Assembly (NCBI GenBank): GCA_024137785.1
Contig: JAHRHZ010000027.1
Coordinates: 40,929 to 104,928, forward strand
Source of the DNA: Ginglymostoma cirratum
Taxonomy: Eukaryota
Direction of reading: 5' to 3'
DNA length: 64,000 bases
Shown here: positions 44,583-56,899 of the stretch, in pieces
Layout: every line of letters starts with the position of its first letter
Position numbering within the stretch: position 1 is the stretch's first letter
Position numbers and translations under genes: made by a program
Notes under the pieces: generated by a model
The model's database searches: none
The model's input: the letters and a program-made list of their open reading frames with translations, nothing else
Told to the model about the DNA's origin: nothing

Positions 44583-47500
44583 CTAAAACAAAACACAAAG
44601 TTGAATTCATTTTTAATTAATCTTAACAGTGATTTGATTTGCAAAGAGGGGAAATCTATTTTCAGATTGTCAGACATTAATTGACAAACTGTTGCAAAGT
44701 TTTATGTTATCTCGCGCTGGAACGAACAACTCGGTCTGATAAGTTCATCCACACGAACCAGTTCACATCGGTCTTCATTTAACCCCAACAATATATTCAT
44801 CGAATCCTTTCTAGCTCAGGTACTTATCCAACTTGCATGTGAAGTGGCAGATCGGCATGATTGCAGTGTAGATCACAGCATATATTTACAAAGGAATACA
44901 CTGACAAACTGAGTGATAGGGAAACATTGTGGCAGATGGGGTTCAATGTAAGCAAGTGTGAGGTGATCCATTTTGGGGTGTACAAGGATTGATTAGGATA
45001 CTTTCTGGATGATATGAAGTCATATATAGTGGATGTCCGAAGAAACTTGAGCCTTCGAATGCATAGATCTTTAAAATGTCAGAAACAGGTACAGAAAATA
45101 ATCAAGGAAGCTAATGGAATTCTGACCTTTATAACCAGAGGACTGGATGATAAGGATGCAGAAGCTGTGCTGCAGTTTTACAAAACCCTACATAGATCCT
45201 ACTGGGAGTACTGTGAGCAGATCTGGAACCACACCATAGGAAGGATATATTGGCTTTGGAGGCAGTACAATGTAGGTTTACAGGAATGCTACCTGGGCTT
45301 CTGGGGTTAAGGTATGAGGAGAGATCATACAAATTATACCTGTTTTCTCTAGAATTTAGAAGGGTAAGGAGTGATCTGATTGAAATCTTCAGGGTATTAA
45401 TAGAACAAGACAGGGTAGATAAGGATTAATTGTTTCCACCAGTTGGGGATTTTTAAACTGGGGCCATTGTCTGAGAATTCGGGCCAGGCCATTCAGGTGA
45501 GCTATTAGAAATCACTCTATGCACAAAGGGTGGGAGATATTTGGAACTCTGTGACTGAAGAAGCCCAAGTGAAGGATGACAACATACAATTCATACAAAA
45601 GGTGTACACCCTAGTGGTGACCAGTGGAAGTAGACATTGGGGGACAGTAGGATTTGGGTTGATCGTCTTTTGTTATTCATAATGTTTTTCTGCTTTTGTG
45701 TCAATACATTGAACTCTTCAGAAACAGGTGGAAATGCAGGTTGGGAAGTGTCAGCAAATCTGAAGTCACGATTAAACGCTTAACAAAGTCTCATTTTAAA
45801 TTGTAAAGACTACTCATCCTCTCTTTCTGCCGATCAATTAGAATATTCAGAGTTAAACCAAACCAAGAGCTAGTTCAGTCAAGTGGCATTGACATATTTA
45901 AGGAGAATCTCAAGAAAAACAAGAGGACAAAAGAAATAGAAGCTTCTGTTGATCGGGTTAGTTAGAGAGGTGATGGGAGGAACCAATCGTTGTGATTGGC
46001 ATGTTTCTGTGCTGTTAGTTCAATATGTAAACCTGAAAAATTACAACATTGCAGTTGAAATATCTGTGATGAGAATGGAGGATATTTTCACAATGGCTAA
46101 ATCGACCACATGTTGCAGCCTTACATTGATTTGGTCTTTTCTTCTTCTTAAATTCTGTGCATGAAGACAGGTCTGACCCACAGCATTGTGGTTTTCACCC
46201 AATGTGCAAAGCAAGAATAAACTTCCTGAATGCACCCTGAGCCAGAACAGGGATTGAACCCCATAACGTTGGTACCAATCTGTGCCAGGTGTCAATTCAA
46301 TCTGGTCCTGCCAACAGCTTCCCTGCCCCCTCCTTGTCCCATCCAGTGGGCCTCAGTTGCTGTGGCAACATAAACATTTACAAGTGTGCGGCATCTATGG
46401 ATCATAATTTCGTCAAGAACTGTGGATCCTGGAGAAGCTCAGCAGGCCTGGCAGATGAAGATAAAGAGACACTGGATTCAAATTGTTAATTCTGCTTTCT
46501 TCCCCCAGATGCTGCCAGACCTGCTGAGTCTCATGTTAGATTTGAACCTGACAAGATCCAGTCCTGCAGAGAATCTGGAAACTCTTTGGGGTTATTAGTC
46601 AATATTTCAATATTGGTCATCTGACTCTCAAACTAACTCACTTGAAGATGAAGTTCTGGTCTTGAATTTGCCTGCAACTGATTACAATTGGATCAAATGC
46701 AAGAAGTTTGGCTCATTAAGTCCTAAGTACTTGCAATTGTAATGTGCTTGTTTCAAAAATGTGAAAAATCAAGGTCTCTAAATTTCAGTTGGACCTAATC
46801 CTTTCCTGTTATTCATTTCTGTCAGGCTAAACCAATGTTGACTTTTACTTCCTCCAGACTCCACCTGTCATTAGCTAGAAATAAAAATCATACTTCTATC
46901 TTTATCTGAACCAGAATGTGCAACAAGTTACGATAGTTTGTTAATTAACGTTTGCTAACTACGATGAACTGCAATCCCTTTTTAATCTGCAGCAAGTTAT
47001 TGACATATAATGAAACGATTGAGGAGAAATTGAAACTCACCCTTGTTGACTTGCCTCAGGTACAAAAACAGTGAAACAGCAAAAACAATGAGCATGGCCC
47101 CCAGTACACCGACCACAATGTAAACAGGACTGCGATATACAGAATAGCAAAGGGTCAGTTCACTGCTCACTGTTGGCTCTTGGGCACTTATTTAAAGAAA
47201 GGAAGCTTGAACATTTATAGAGCATCTTTCATGACCTTTGAATGGCCTTAAGGAAATACCTTTAAATGTTTGTCAGTGTCTGAAACAGGAAATTAAACGC
47301 CTGATTTCTATAGAGAAAAATCCTTGAAGCAGCAATGAGATATGACCAAATAAGAATTGGCAACATCTGCATGAGAGCGCTTCATCTGCTTTCTCCAAAC
47401 AGAAGGCCTGACTTGCTGTGTGCTTCCTGCTCTCTCTATTTCTGTCTATTGTTTCACTTCTCATTTCTATTTTGTTTGATATTTTGCTTTTTTTTACTCT

Positions 47501-50500
47501 GCTACTGCCACTGTAAATTCAAAGGATCAGTTCTGCAGCGTTGATATCAGGCTACAATTTCTGACACTTATTGTCAGCATCTTGGGCAAAGAGCATGGAA
47601 ATGAAAAGTAAATTATGCAAAATGAGCATGTACATCACAAATGAAAATGGAAAGATTGCCTTCAAGCATTGACTTAACATGACACAATGTCCAGCTGCCA
47701 CCAATGAATACCCAGTTGTTCCAGTACTGGCTGACTGTGAATACAGGACACATCATCTCAGAGATATAGAGTCATAGATAAAGTCATTGAGTTGTACGGC
47801 ATGGAAACACACCCTTTAGTCCAACTCATCCGTGCTGACTAGACATATCAATGTGGCACAGTTCCATTTGACCCATTTCCCTGTAAATTCTTCCGATTCA
47901 TATACCCATCCAGATTCCTTTCAAATGTTGTAATTGTTGTACATACTTCCACCACTTCCTCTGGCAGCTCATTCCGTACATGCACCACAATGTTCATGAA
48001 AAAGTCACTGCTCAGGTCCTTTTTAAATCTTTCCTCTCTCACCTTAAACCTATGTCCTCTAGTTCTGGACCCCCCCTACCCTGGGAAAAAGACCTTGGCT
48101 ATTCAGTTATCAACTCCCCTCATGATTTTATAAAGCTTTACAAAGTCAATCCTCAGCCTCTGATGCTCCAGGGAAAAAAGCCCCAGTTTATTCAGTCTCG
48201 CCCGATAACTCAAATCCTCCAGTTCCAGCAACATACTTGTAAATCTTTTTTGCACCGTCTCAACTTTAACACTGTTTTTCCTATAGACACACTGTGCAAT
48301 GCCAATATCTGGAGAATCTATGTGTAAAATCTTGACAACATTACTCACCATCACCTCACGACTTATAGCAGCAAAAAGGACTCATCAAATAACATCATGT
48401 GAACAGACTTCCTGTAAACAGTAGTCCATTCTGCCTTTATAATATATATTTTATTTACTTGGGTGAGGTGGTACATAACAGCATTTAAAAAGCATCTGGA
48501 TGAGTATATGAATAGGTAGGGTTTAGTAGGGATATGGGCCAATTGCTGGCAATTGGGACTGGGTCAGATTGGGCTGTCTGGTCACTGTGGATGAGTTGGA
48601 CCTGAGAATCTGTTTCCATGTTGTATGATTCTATGATTCTATCTGTGACCCTACAGTGTGCTGTGTCTGATATTTATTCACATCACAGTGGGAATACCAT
48701 CAAGAAGAAAGCCTCCTCACTGCAAACTTGACCAAAGTTGCAAGATGTTCCTCCCAAGTGATACCAAGGCTGAGCAGATTTATTAATGTAATTTCTCATT
48801 TTCACCCACAGAAGAGCAACTTTTCCATTAGTTCCACACCGAACTGATAATTGCACATAGCACACTTTGTTAAGAAGCTAATGTAACAGTCAGTCCGGCC
48901 CCATTTCCATTCTGGGATCTACATTGTGAAATAAGAAATAATTTCCTTCATGATTAACAAGATGTTGTTCAAGAGGATTTAATCTCTCATGTGGAAGGTG
49001 TCAAACCCTAACGATGTGATAATTGTACCTTATATCAAGTTGAGGCATGACTTTTGAATTTGTAGTTGTCACCAATACTGATGAAGTTTCAGAACAGTAA
49101 TCAGCTCCTGTTGAAACAAATGAATAACATTCAGATTAACCTCATTTTTACTCTAGTTAACCAAAACAGCAACATTGTCAAATGGAACCTTTAGCTGATA
49201 TAATGGATTTGGAAGGTGTAATCTCTGTGTCATCCCCACAGCCCCACTACCAGGACAATCCCACTCTGAACTGCCAGTGACTAATCTTTCATGGCAGTTT
49301 CTAATTGTTTCCCATATCTCAAGGATGGATGTACAGCATTACCTATTGAGCCTGTCAATGTATTCCAATGCTGACATCCTCTTTAAGTACTTACATCAGG
49401 GCCAGGGCTTGAGCATAAAACTTAATGCTGTCACTCCAGTGCATTGGTGAAGGAGTGCCACAGTGTTGGCAGTGCTTCCTTTGCGATGAGATGTTAAACT
49501 GAGACTTTCTCTGCCAACTCTGCTTGACCCATGGCATTGTCTTGAAGAAGAGTAGGGCAGTTATTCCAAATGTCCTGGACAATATTTATCCCCCAATTCA
49601 AAATGGATTATCTGGTTATTTTCACATTGCTGTCTGTGGGAATTGGCTCGATACAAATTGATTGCTGCATTGCAGGAGTGAGGAAACTTCAACAAGCAAA
49701 GGCGGCTAATGCTTCAAACATCCATTAATTACACTGAGTCACTCGCATTTTAGATAAACTCTCTTACACTCTCTCCTGACATCCTTCATGAAGAGGACAC
49801 AAGAGATGGAGGTAACAATTTCATCTGCTAAAAATAGCTATTTCATCTGTTGAAGACTCGGTCAATGCAAGCACATTTTACCATTCAGGGGTTACTTTAT
49901 CCACGTAGTTGCGATATTTTACAATCCTTTCCAAATTCAACTAATTGATCTTGCTCAGATCTACTGAAAGACCAGATCGAGTAAATTTGGCCAGTTGCAA
50001 TTTTTCAGACTGACTGCAGGAATATAACCTGCAACTAGTTTGCTAGAAATTTTTATTTTGACAAATCAACAATTAAATTGTTTGTTTACAGTATAACTTA
50101 CCGCTGGTGCTGATTTGCACCACATAACTGCAGTACCCCCCTGATCTGTGGATGACTGACACATCAACCTTTTCACTAAGCTTTCCTCCCTGAGTATTTG
50201 ACGCTGTGCAGTAATGTCGATGATGTTGCTGTGTGAAGGATTGACAATGTAGATCCAGTTTACAGGTGTGAGAGATCTTTGAATCTTCAGACGGGGTCTT
50301 TTCATACCATGTGTACTGAATGGGGAGGGATCCGTGGACAGGTTCACAGGAGATTGTCACTGAGCTCCCAGAACATGAGGCATTTGGTGAAGATGATAAA
50401 AATCTAAATATAGAAACAGAGACAGGTTCTGTGGAAACGAAGCAAACATTCAGATACTGCCTGAACAACATTCAAACACTGTTCCTATTTCCAACATTTC

Positions 50501-53500
50501 TACCCCTCATCCAGGGCCTGTATGTTGGAGAATCCCCAACACGTCTCCCTCCCCATGTCTCTCCAACTTCCCAATAATGTGAATTCCCATGTCTACTGGT
50601 ATAACAGAACAGAGGAAGGCTCTAAATCAGGGCAAATGCAATGATACTGAGCATGTGTCAATGTGGAAATCAGGGCCGTTATTTTCTCTCGGTAACAGAT
50701 AGCCAGATTCCAAGCCTTTAGCTGGCTGAATGTTTCATTCCCAAATGGAAAGCTGTTGGAGAGAGCCTTACATTAAAATGGAACAGTAAAAGAGAATAAA
50801 TTGTCAGATACCTGTTGCAACTTTTCATGCCTTAAACAGGGAGTATAAATGTGCTTTGTCCCACTTGACTGCGATTGAAAAGGATACTTTAATTCAAAAA
50901 TTCAGATGGTGATGAGAATTAGCGTTTCTGGGGTTCTGAAACCTCGCAATGTTGCATAAATGGATCTTATGTCAGGTTTACTGGCTACTTCAATGTGCCC
51001 AGGTTCAATATGTTGAAGCCATAATATTTTGAGTTTCATGTTTTCACTGAATTGAATCCTGCCCAATATTAGGGTTAGGGTCAGGGTTAGGGTTAGGTGT
51101 TGGGCTTGGGGTTGGGATTAGGGTTAGGGATAGGATCAGAGCTGTCATTCGGGTTAGGGTTTACTTTACAGCAACCTGCTTTAGACTTAAAGAAGTTTGA
51201 TGCCTGTGAGATGTTCAAATGTGCTTATTTGACTGAGATGAGCACTTTAGTGCAAACAGTAACAGAGTTTATGAAGTTTGATGACTGTTCCATTTGGGTG
51301 AATTGGTGTGGAGTTACATTTTCCCTTTTATCTGTAAAGAGAGTAATCAGAACACATCGGTGACCAGATACATTCTAAGGACAACTCATGGGAGGAGCTA
51401 ACCAGGTTCTCCTTGTGTCCTACAAGTTCTCATGTGCTCACCACAGAATGTGCAATGTTTCAGTGATTGTCCTTCACGTCAGCGGAATTTATAATGTACG
51501 TAATCTAATTTGATCCAGATTGTTTTGCAAGAGGCAATCGTGTGCCTTAGATATAAAGCAATGTGCTATGAAGTAATGTGTAATAATCCAATCTGCTGTT
51601 CGATCGAGGTCAAAGTGATATTCTACGAAAGACAGTGCATGGCCATTCCTCAAAAGTGATATCACTGAGCTAGATTAATACTAGCAAAGATAACAAGGTG
51701 TGGGGCTGGATGAACACAGCAGGTCAAGCAGCATCATAGGAGCAGGAAAACTCGACGTTTCGGGCCTAAACCCTTCAGGGTTTAGATAACACCTTGTTAT
51801 CTCGTATTCTCCAGCATCTGCAGTACCTTTTATCTCTAATACTAGCAAAGAGATTGGTGGCAGGAAATCTGCTGAAAACGTCTCAGAATAATTTATTGTA
51901 ACACATCCCAGAGCCCTATGCCCAACCAGGATGGACTGGTTGGACCGAAGGGTCTGTTTCCATGCTATGTGCGTCTATGACTCTATGGTGCCCCCTGCTG
52001 CTAAAGGGACAAAAGTCACCCTCCATTCACTTAACTCTGTACTCAGTGTTAAATGGCTGCAGGCAGCCAATGGGGAACAGAGGTGTAAACCCTCATAACT
52101 TTTTACCTGGTGGAGGGCAAGGAGGACAAGAATGACAGCACTCCAATTAATCGAATCTGACGTTTTTAGATCACTTGTCTTAGCCTTAAATTTCCAATTC
52201 TTTTAACAAAGCTTTGGGATACCTGCCCTCCCATTGCAAAACCCCTTCACTGCTGCAGGGCATCAGGATAGTGAAGCTATTATGGATCTCTCACAGATAA
52301 AACAAAGAACAAAGAACAAAGAAAATTACAGCACAGGAACAGGCCTTTCGGCCCTCCAAGCCTGCGCCGAACCAGATCATCTATCTAAACCTGTCACCTA
52401 TTTTCCAAGGATCTGTATCCCTCAGTTCCCTGCACATTCATGTATCTGTCTAGATACATCTTAAATGACGCTATCGTGCCCGCCTCTACCACCTCCACTG
52501 GCAACGCGTTCCAGGCACCCACCACCCTCTGTGTGAAGAACTTTCCACGCATATCTCCCTTAAACTTTTCCTCTCTCACCTTGAAATCGTGACCCCTAGT
52601 AATTGAGTACCCCACTCTGGGAAAAAGCTTCTTGCTATCCACCCTGTCTATACCACTCATGATTTTGTAGACCTCAATCAGGTCCCCCCTCAACCTCCAT
52701 CTTTATAATGTAAATAATCATAATCTACTCAACCTCTCTTCATAGCTAGCGCCCTCCATACCAGGTGCCCTCCATACCATCCTGGTGAAACTCCTCTGCA
52801 CCCACTCCAAAGCATCCACATCCTTTTGGTAATATGGCGACCAGAACTGTAAGCAGTATTCCAAACGTGGTCGAACCAAAGTCCTACACAACTGCAACAT
52901 GACCTGCCAACTCATGAACGCAATACCCCGTCCAATGAATGAAAGCATGCCATATGCCTTCTTGACCACTCTATCGACCTGCGTTGCCACCTTCAGGGTA
53001 CAAGGGACCTGAACACCCAGATCTCTCTGTGTATCAATTTTCCCCAGGGCATTTCCATTTACCGTATAGTTCGCTCTTGAATTGGATCTTCGAAAATGTA
53101 TCACCTCACATTTGCCCGGATTGAACTCCGTCTGCCATTTCTCCGCCCAACTCTCCAATCTATCTATACCCTGCTGCATTCTCCGACAGTCCCCTTCGTT
53201 ATCTGCTACTCCACGAATCTTAGTGTCATCTGCAAACTTGCTAATCAGACCAGCTATACCTTCCTCCAAATCATTTATGTATATCACAAACAACAATGGT
53301 CCCAACACGGATCCCTGTGGAACACCGCTGGTCACAGTTCTCCATTTTGAGAAACTCCCTTCCACTGCAACTCTCTGTCTCCTGTTGCCTAGCCAGTTCT
53401 CTATCCATCTAGCTAGTACACCCTGGACCCCATGCAATTTCACTTTCTCCATCAGCCTACCATGGGGAACCTTATCAAATTCCTAACTGAAGTCCATATA

Positions 53501-55722
53501 CATGACATCCACAGCCCTTCCCTCATCTATCAACTTTGTCACTTCCACAAAGAATTCTATCGAGGTGATAAGACATGACCTTCCCTGCACAAAACCATGC
53601 TGCCTATCACTAATAAGCCCATTTTCTTCCAAAGGTAAATAGATCCCATCCGTCAGTATCTTCTCCAGCAGCTTCCCCACCGCTGACGTCAGGCTTACCG
53701 GTCTGCAATTACCTGGATAATCCTTGCTACCCTTCTTAAACAAGGGGACAACATTAGCAATTCTCCAGTCCTCCGGGACCTCACCCGTGCTCAAGGATGC
53801 TGCAAAGATATCTGTTAAGGCCTATTTCCTCTCTCGCTTCCCTCAGTAACCTGGGATAGATCCCATCTGGACCTGGGGTCTTGTCCACCCTAAGGCCTTT
53901 TAGAATACCCAACACTTCCCCCCTCCTTATGCCAATTCGACCTAGAGTAATCAAACATCCATCCTTTACCTCAACATCCGTCATGTCCCTCTCCTTGGTG
54001 AATACCGACGCAAAGTACTCATTAAGAATCTCACTCATTTTCTCTAACTCTTCGCATAAGTTCTCTCCTTTGTCCTTGAGTGGGCCAACCCTTTCTCTAT
54101 TTACCCTCTTGCTCCTTATGTACGAATAAAAGGCTTTGGGATTTTCCTTAACCCTGTTTGCTAATGATATTTCATGACCCCTTTTAGCCCTCTTAACTCC
54201 TCGTTTCAGATTGGTCCTACTTTCCCGATATTTTTCCAAAGCTTTGTCTGTTTTCAGTCACCTAGATGTTATGTATGCTTCCTTTTTCCTCTTTGCTAGT
54301 CTCACAATTTCACCTGTCATCCATGGTTCCCTAATCTTGCCCTTTCTATCCCTCATTTTCACAGGGACATGTCTGTCCTGCACTCTAATCAACCTCTCTT
54401 TAAAAGCCTTCCACATATCAAATGTGGATTTACCGTCAAATAGCTACTCCCAATCCACATTCCCCAGCTCCTGCAAAATTTTGCTATAGTTGGCCTTCCC
54501 CCAATTCAGCACTCTTCCTTTAGGACCACTCTCGTCTTTGTCCATCAGTATTCTAAAACTTATGGAATTGTAATCCCCTAGTGAAACTTCAAACACCTGG
54601 CCGGGCTCATTCCCCATCACCAGGTCCAGTATGGCTCCTTCCCAAGTTGGACTATTTACATACTGCTCTAGAAAACCCTCTTGCATGCTCCTTACAAATT
54701 CTGCTCCGTCTAAACCCCTAACACTAAGTGAATCCCAGTCAATGTTGGGAAAATTAAAATCTCCCATCACCACCACCCTGTTGCTCCTACATCTTTCCAT
54801 AATCCATCTACATATTTGTACTGCTATCTCATGCTCACTATTGGGAGCCCCAACGTTGTTACAGCACCCTTCCGATTTTGGAGCTCTGCCCATATTGACT
54901 CACTGCTCAAGTCCTCCATAGTGTCCTCCTTCAGCACAGCTGTGCTATCCTCTTTGACCAGTAATGTAACTCCTCCACCCCATTACCTCCCTCTTTATCC
55001 CACCTGAAGCATCTATATCCTGGGGTATTTAGTTGCCAATCTTGCCCTTCCCTCAACCAAGTCTCAGCAATAGCAATGACATCATACTCCCAGGTACTAA
55101 TCCAAGCCCTAAGTTCATCTGCCTTAGCTACTACACTTCTTGCATTAAAACAAATGCACCTCAGACCACCTGTCCCTTTGCGTTCATCATCTGCTCTCTG
55201 CCTACGCTTCCCCTTAGTCACACTGACTTCATTATCTCGTTCCTTACAGGCTTTAGTTACTACCTCCTTACTGTCCACTAACCTCCTCATTTGGTTCCCA
55301 TCCCCCTGTCACATTAGTTTAAACCCTCCCAACAACATTAGCAAAAGCACCCCATAGGACATCGATAAAACATCTCAATAGAGAATAATCAATTATATCA
55401 CTGAGAAATATACCATGAGATATTTGTAGGTCTACAGCAGACACTGAAATGTGGGCAGATCGGTCAAAACCACAGCTGTGCCATCCTGCATCTTCTGAGC
55501 GAAGATCTTCCATTGTAACAGAAAATATATTTTGTGTCTTGTTATCTATGATTGACATTCTTCCTCGCTGTTCATGATGGTCAGTTGATTTTACTAAAAC
55601 AGAGCACTGGCGACTCCAAAATTTCATGTATAACTGTGACCATTTGTCATAGTGACATTCTATTGTGATTGCTATTCCCAAAACTCCTGTTACTTTATTT
55701 TTTGCTGACATTACAGTTGAAC
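44283..55722 (-). CDS. Receptor gene C: inhibitory-type V-C2-stalk-TM-ITIM Ig receptor (signal exon not found)
   Basis: Exons 55414-55722, 50102-50428, 49029-49107, 47041-47129, (46849-46874 tentative) and 44283-44582. GT-AG boundaries, compatible phases 1/1/2/1/0, no internal stops. Confidence 0.78.
44880..45550 (+). mobile_element. CR1 LINE 3' fragment
   Basis: Degenerate KCEVIHFG, VLQFYKTL..EYCEQIW remnants. Confidence 0.7.
46849..46874 (-). CDS. Candidate gene C mini-exon (ANDRWSLEE)
   Basis: tttttatttctag|CT AAT GAC AGG TGG AGT CTG GAG GAA|gtaaaa. Supplies the required phase 1 to 0 bridge, but the donor is weak. Confidence 0.45.
47041..47129 (-). CDS. Gene C uncharged transmembrane exon
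   Basis: tatcgcag|(S)PVYIVVGVLGAMLIVFAVSLFLYLRQVNK G|gtgagt. Confidence 0.85.
47770..48285 (-). mobile_element. CR1 LINE 3' fragment
   Basis: VQKRFTSMLLELEDLSYRARLNKLGLFSLE..RNELPEEVVE on the minus strand. Confidence 0.8.
49029..49107 (-). CDS. Gene C stalk exon
   Basis: tttcaacag|(G)ADYCSETSSVLVTTTNSKVMPQLDI(S)|gtacaa, phase 1 to 2. Confidence 0.72.
50102..50428 (-). CDS. Gene C Ig C2-type exon
   Basis: EPVSVSIFRF..ASCSGSSVTISCEPVHGSLPIQYTWYEK..LDLHCQSF..HYCTASN..YCSY; 327 nt, ccacag/gtaagt. Confidence 0.9.
51069..51161 (+). repeat. Degenerate interstitial telomeric (TTAGGG)n tract
   Basis: ttagggttagggtcagggttagggttaggtgttgggc...ttagggttaggg. Confidence 0.75.
51691..51836. mobile_element. 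Short hairpin element with 15-bp TSD
   Basis: TAATACTAGCAAAGA at 51676-51690 and 51837-51851. Confidence 0.8.
52305..55363 (-). mobile_element. CR1/HER1 LINE (end of ORF1 region plus full ORF2, frameshifted) in the gene C V-C2 intron
   Basis: CICFNARSV, IAETW, GDFNFP, QHGF, GVPQGSVLGP, KFADDTK. (TTCTTTG)n tail. GATAAAACA direct repeats at 52296-52304 and 55364-55372. Confidence 0.93.
55414..55722 (-). CDS. Gene C Ig V exon (CD300/pIgR-like, 4-codon deletion in the C strand)
   Basis: GSTVMSAKNKVTGVLGIAITIECHYDK..KFWSRQCSV..RGRMSIIDNKTQNIFSVTMEDLRSEDAGWHSCG; 309 nt. Confidence 0.85.
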
Positions 55723-56899
55723 CTGATAAAACAATGAATCTGTCAAACAGAAAATAACTTCTCAATACTATCAGATTCATTTCATACAAGGGAAGGAACA
55801 AAAGGATAATGGAGACAAATCAATGGCTGAACAGCTGGTTTATTGTTCAGGGATTCAGGTTTTGAACGATTGGAATATCTTTTGGGATAGAAAGGACGTA
55901 ATCAAATAGGATGGGTTTAATCTGAATTGGAAAGGGAGAAATATCTTAGCAGGGAGATTTGCTTGCTCCATTAAGGGAGACTTTTGTGTAATAGACAGGG
56001 TTGAGTGGAGGAATTCTGAGTAGCAGTCTAACTGGAAGGATCGATGAAGCAGGCTCAATGTGAGGACAACATGTCAATTAGAAAAGAAAGACAAGAGACA
56101 GTCAGAGTATGTAGTAACTCTGAAGAACAAAACTACATGGGGTCTTACAGGCAAGGCTGATGAAGGAAAAAACAGAGGTAACGTTTCAGGTCCGGTGACC
56201 CTTCCTCAGAACAGATCTATCAACCTTCATCAGTTGTAAGGAAAATGCCAGAATCTATAATAAAGAATGTGACATTTGGATACTCTGATAAAACTAATTT
56301 AATGGTGTATAGTTGCCAGGAATTTGTGAATGGAGAATTGTGTTTTATCAACTTGTTCGAGTTTTCAGGATGTTACTCACAAAATTCATAAATGGAAGTT
56401 AATGGATGGCGTACATTTGGATTTTGAGAAGGGTTTTGAGAAGGACCCCACAGGAGTTTGATTTTCAAAGTTAAAGCACATGGTATAGGACGTAAAGTAA
56501 TGGCATGGATTGATTATTGGTGAACAGACAGAAAACAGACAGTAGGAATAAATGAAGCATTCTCATGTTGGCAGGCTGTGACTTGTAGGGTACGGCAAGA
56601 ATCAGTAATTGATTTTGAGTTTGTTTCAGTGTGCAATAATGATTTGGTGATAGGGACTAAATTTAACATTTCCAATTTTGCAGATGATACAAACAAATAA
56701 GAATTATGTTATAAAATGCAAAACATCTTCAGGAGGATTTGATAGGCTTAATGATCAGGCAAGAATTTGGCTGATGGAATATAATGTGGATAAATGTGAG
56801 GTTATCCTTTTCGGTAGGAAGAACACGTGCAGAGTATTTTATAAGTAGTGAGGTATTGGAAAGTACAGGGTCAGAGTATGTAGTAACTCTAAAGAACAA

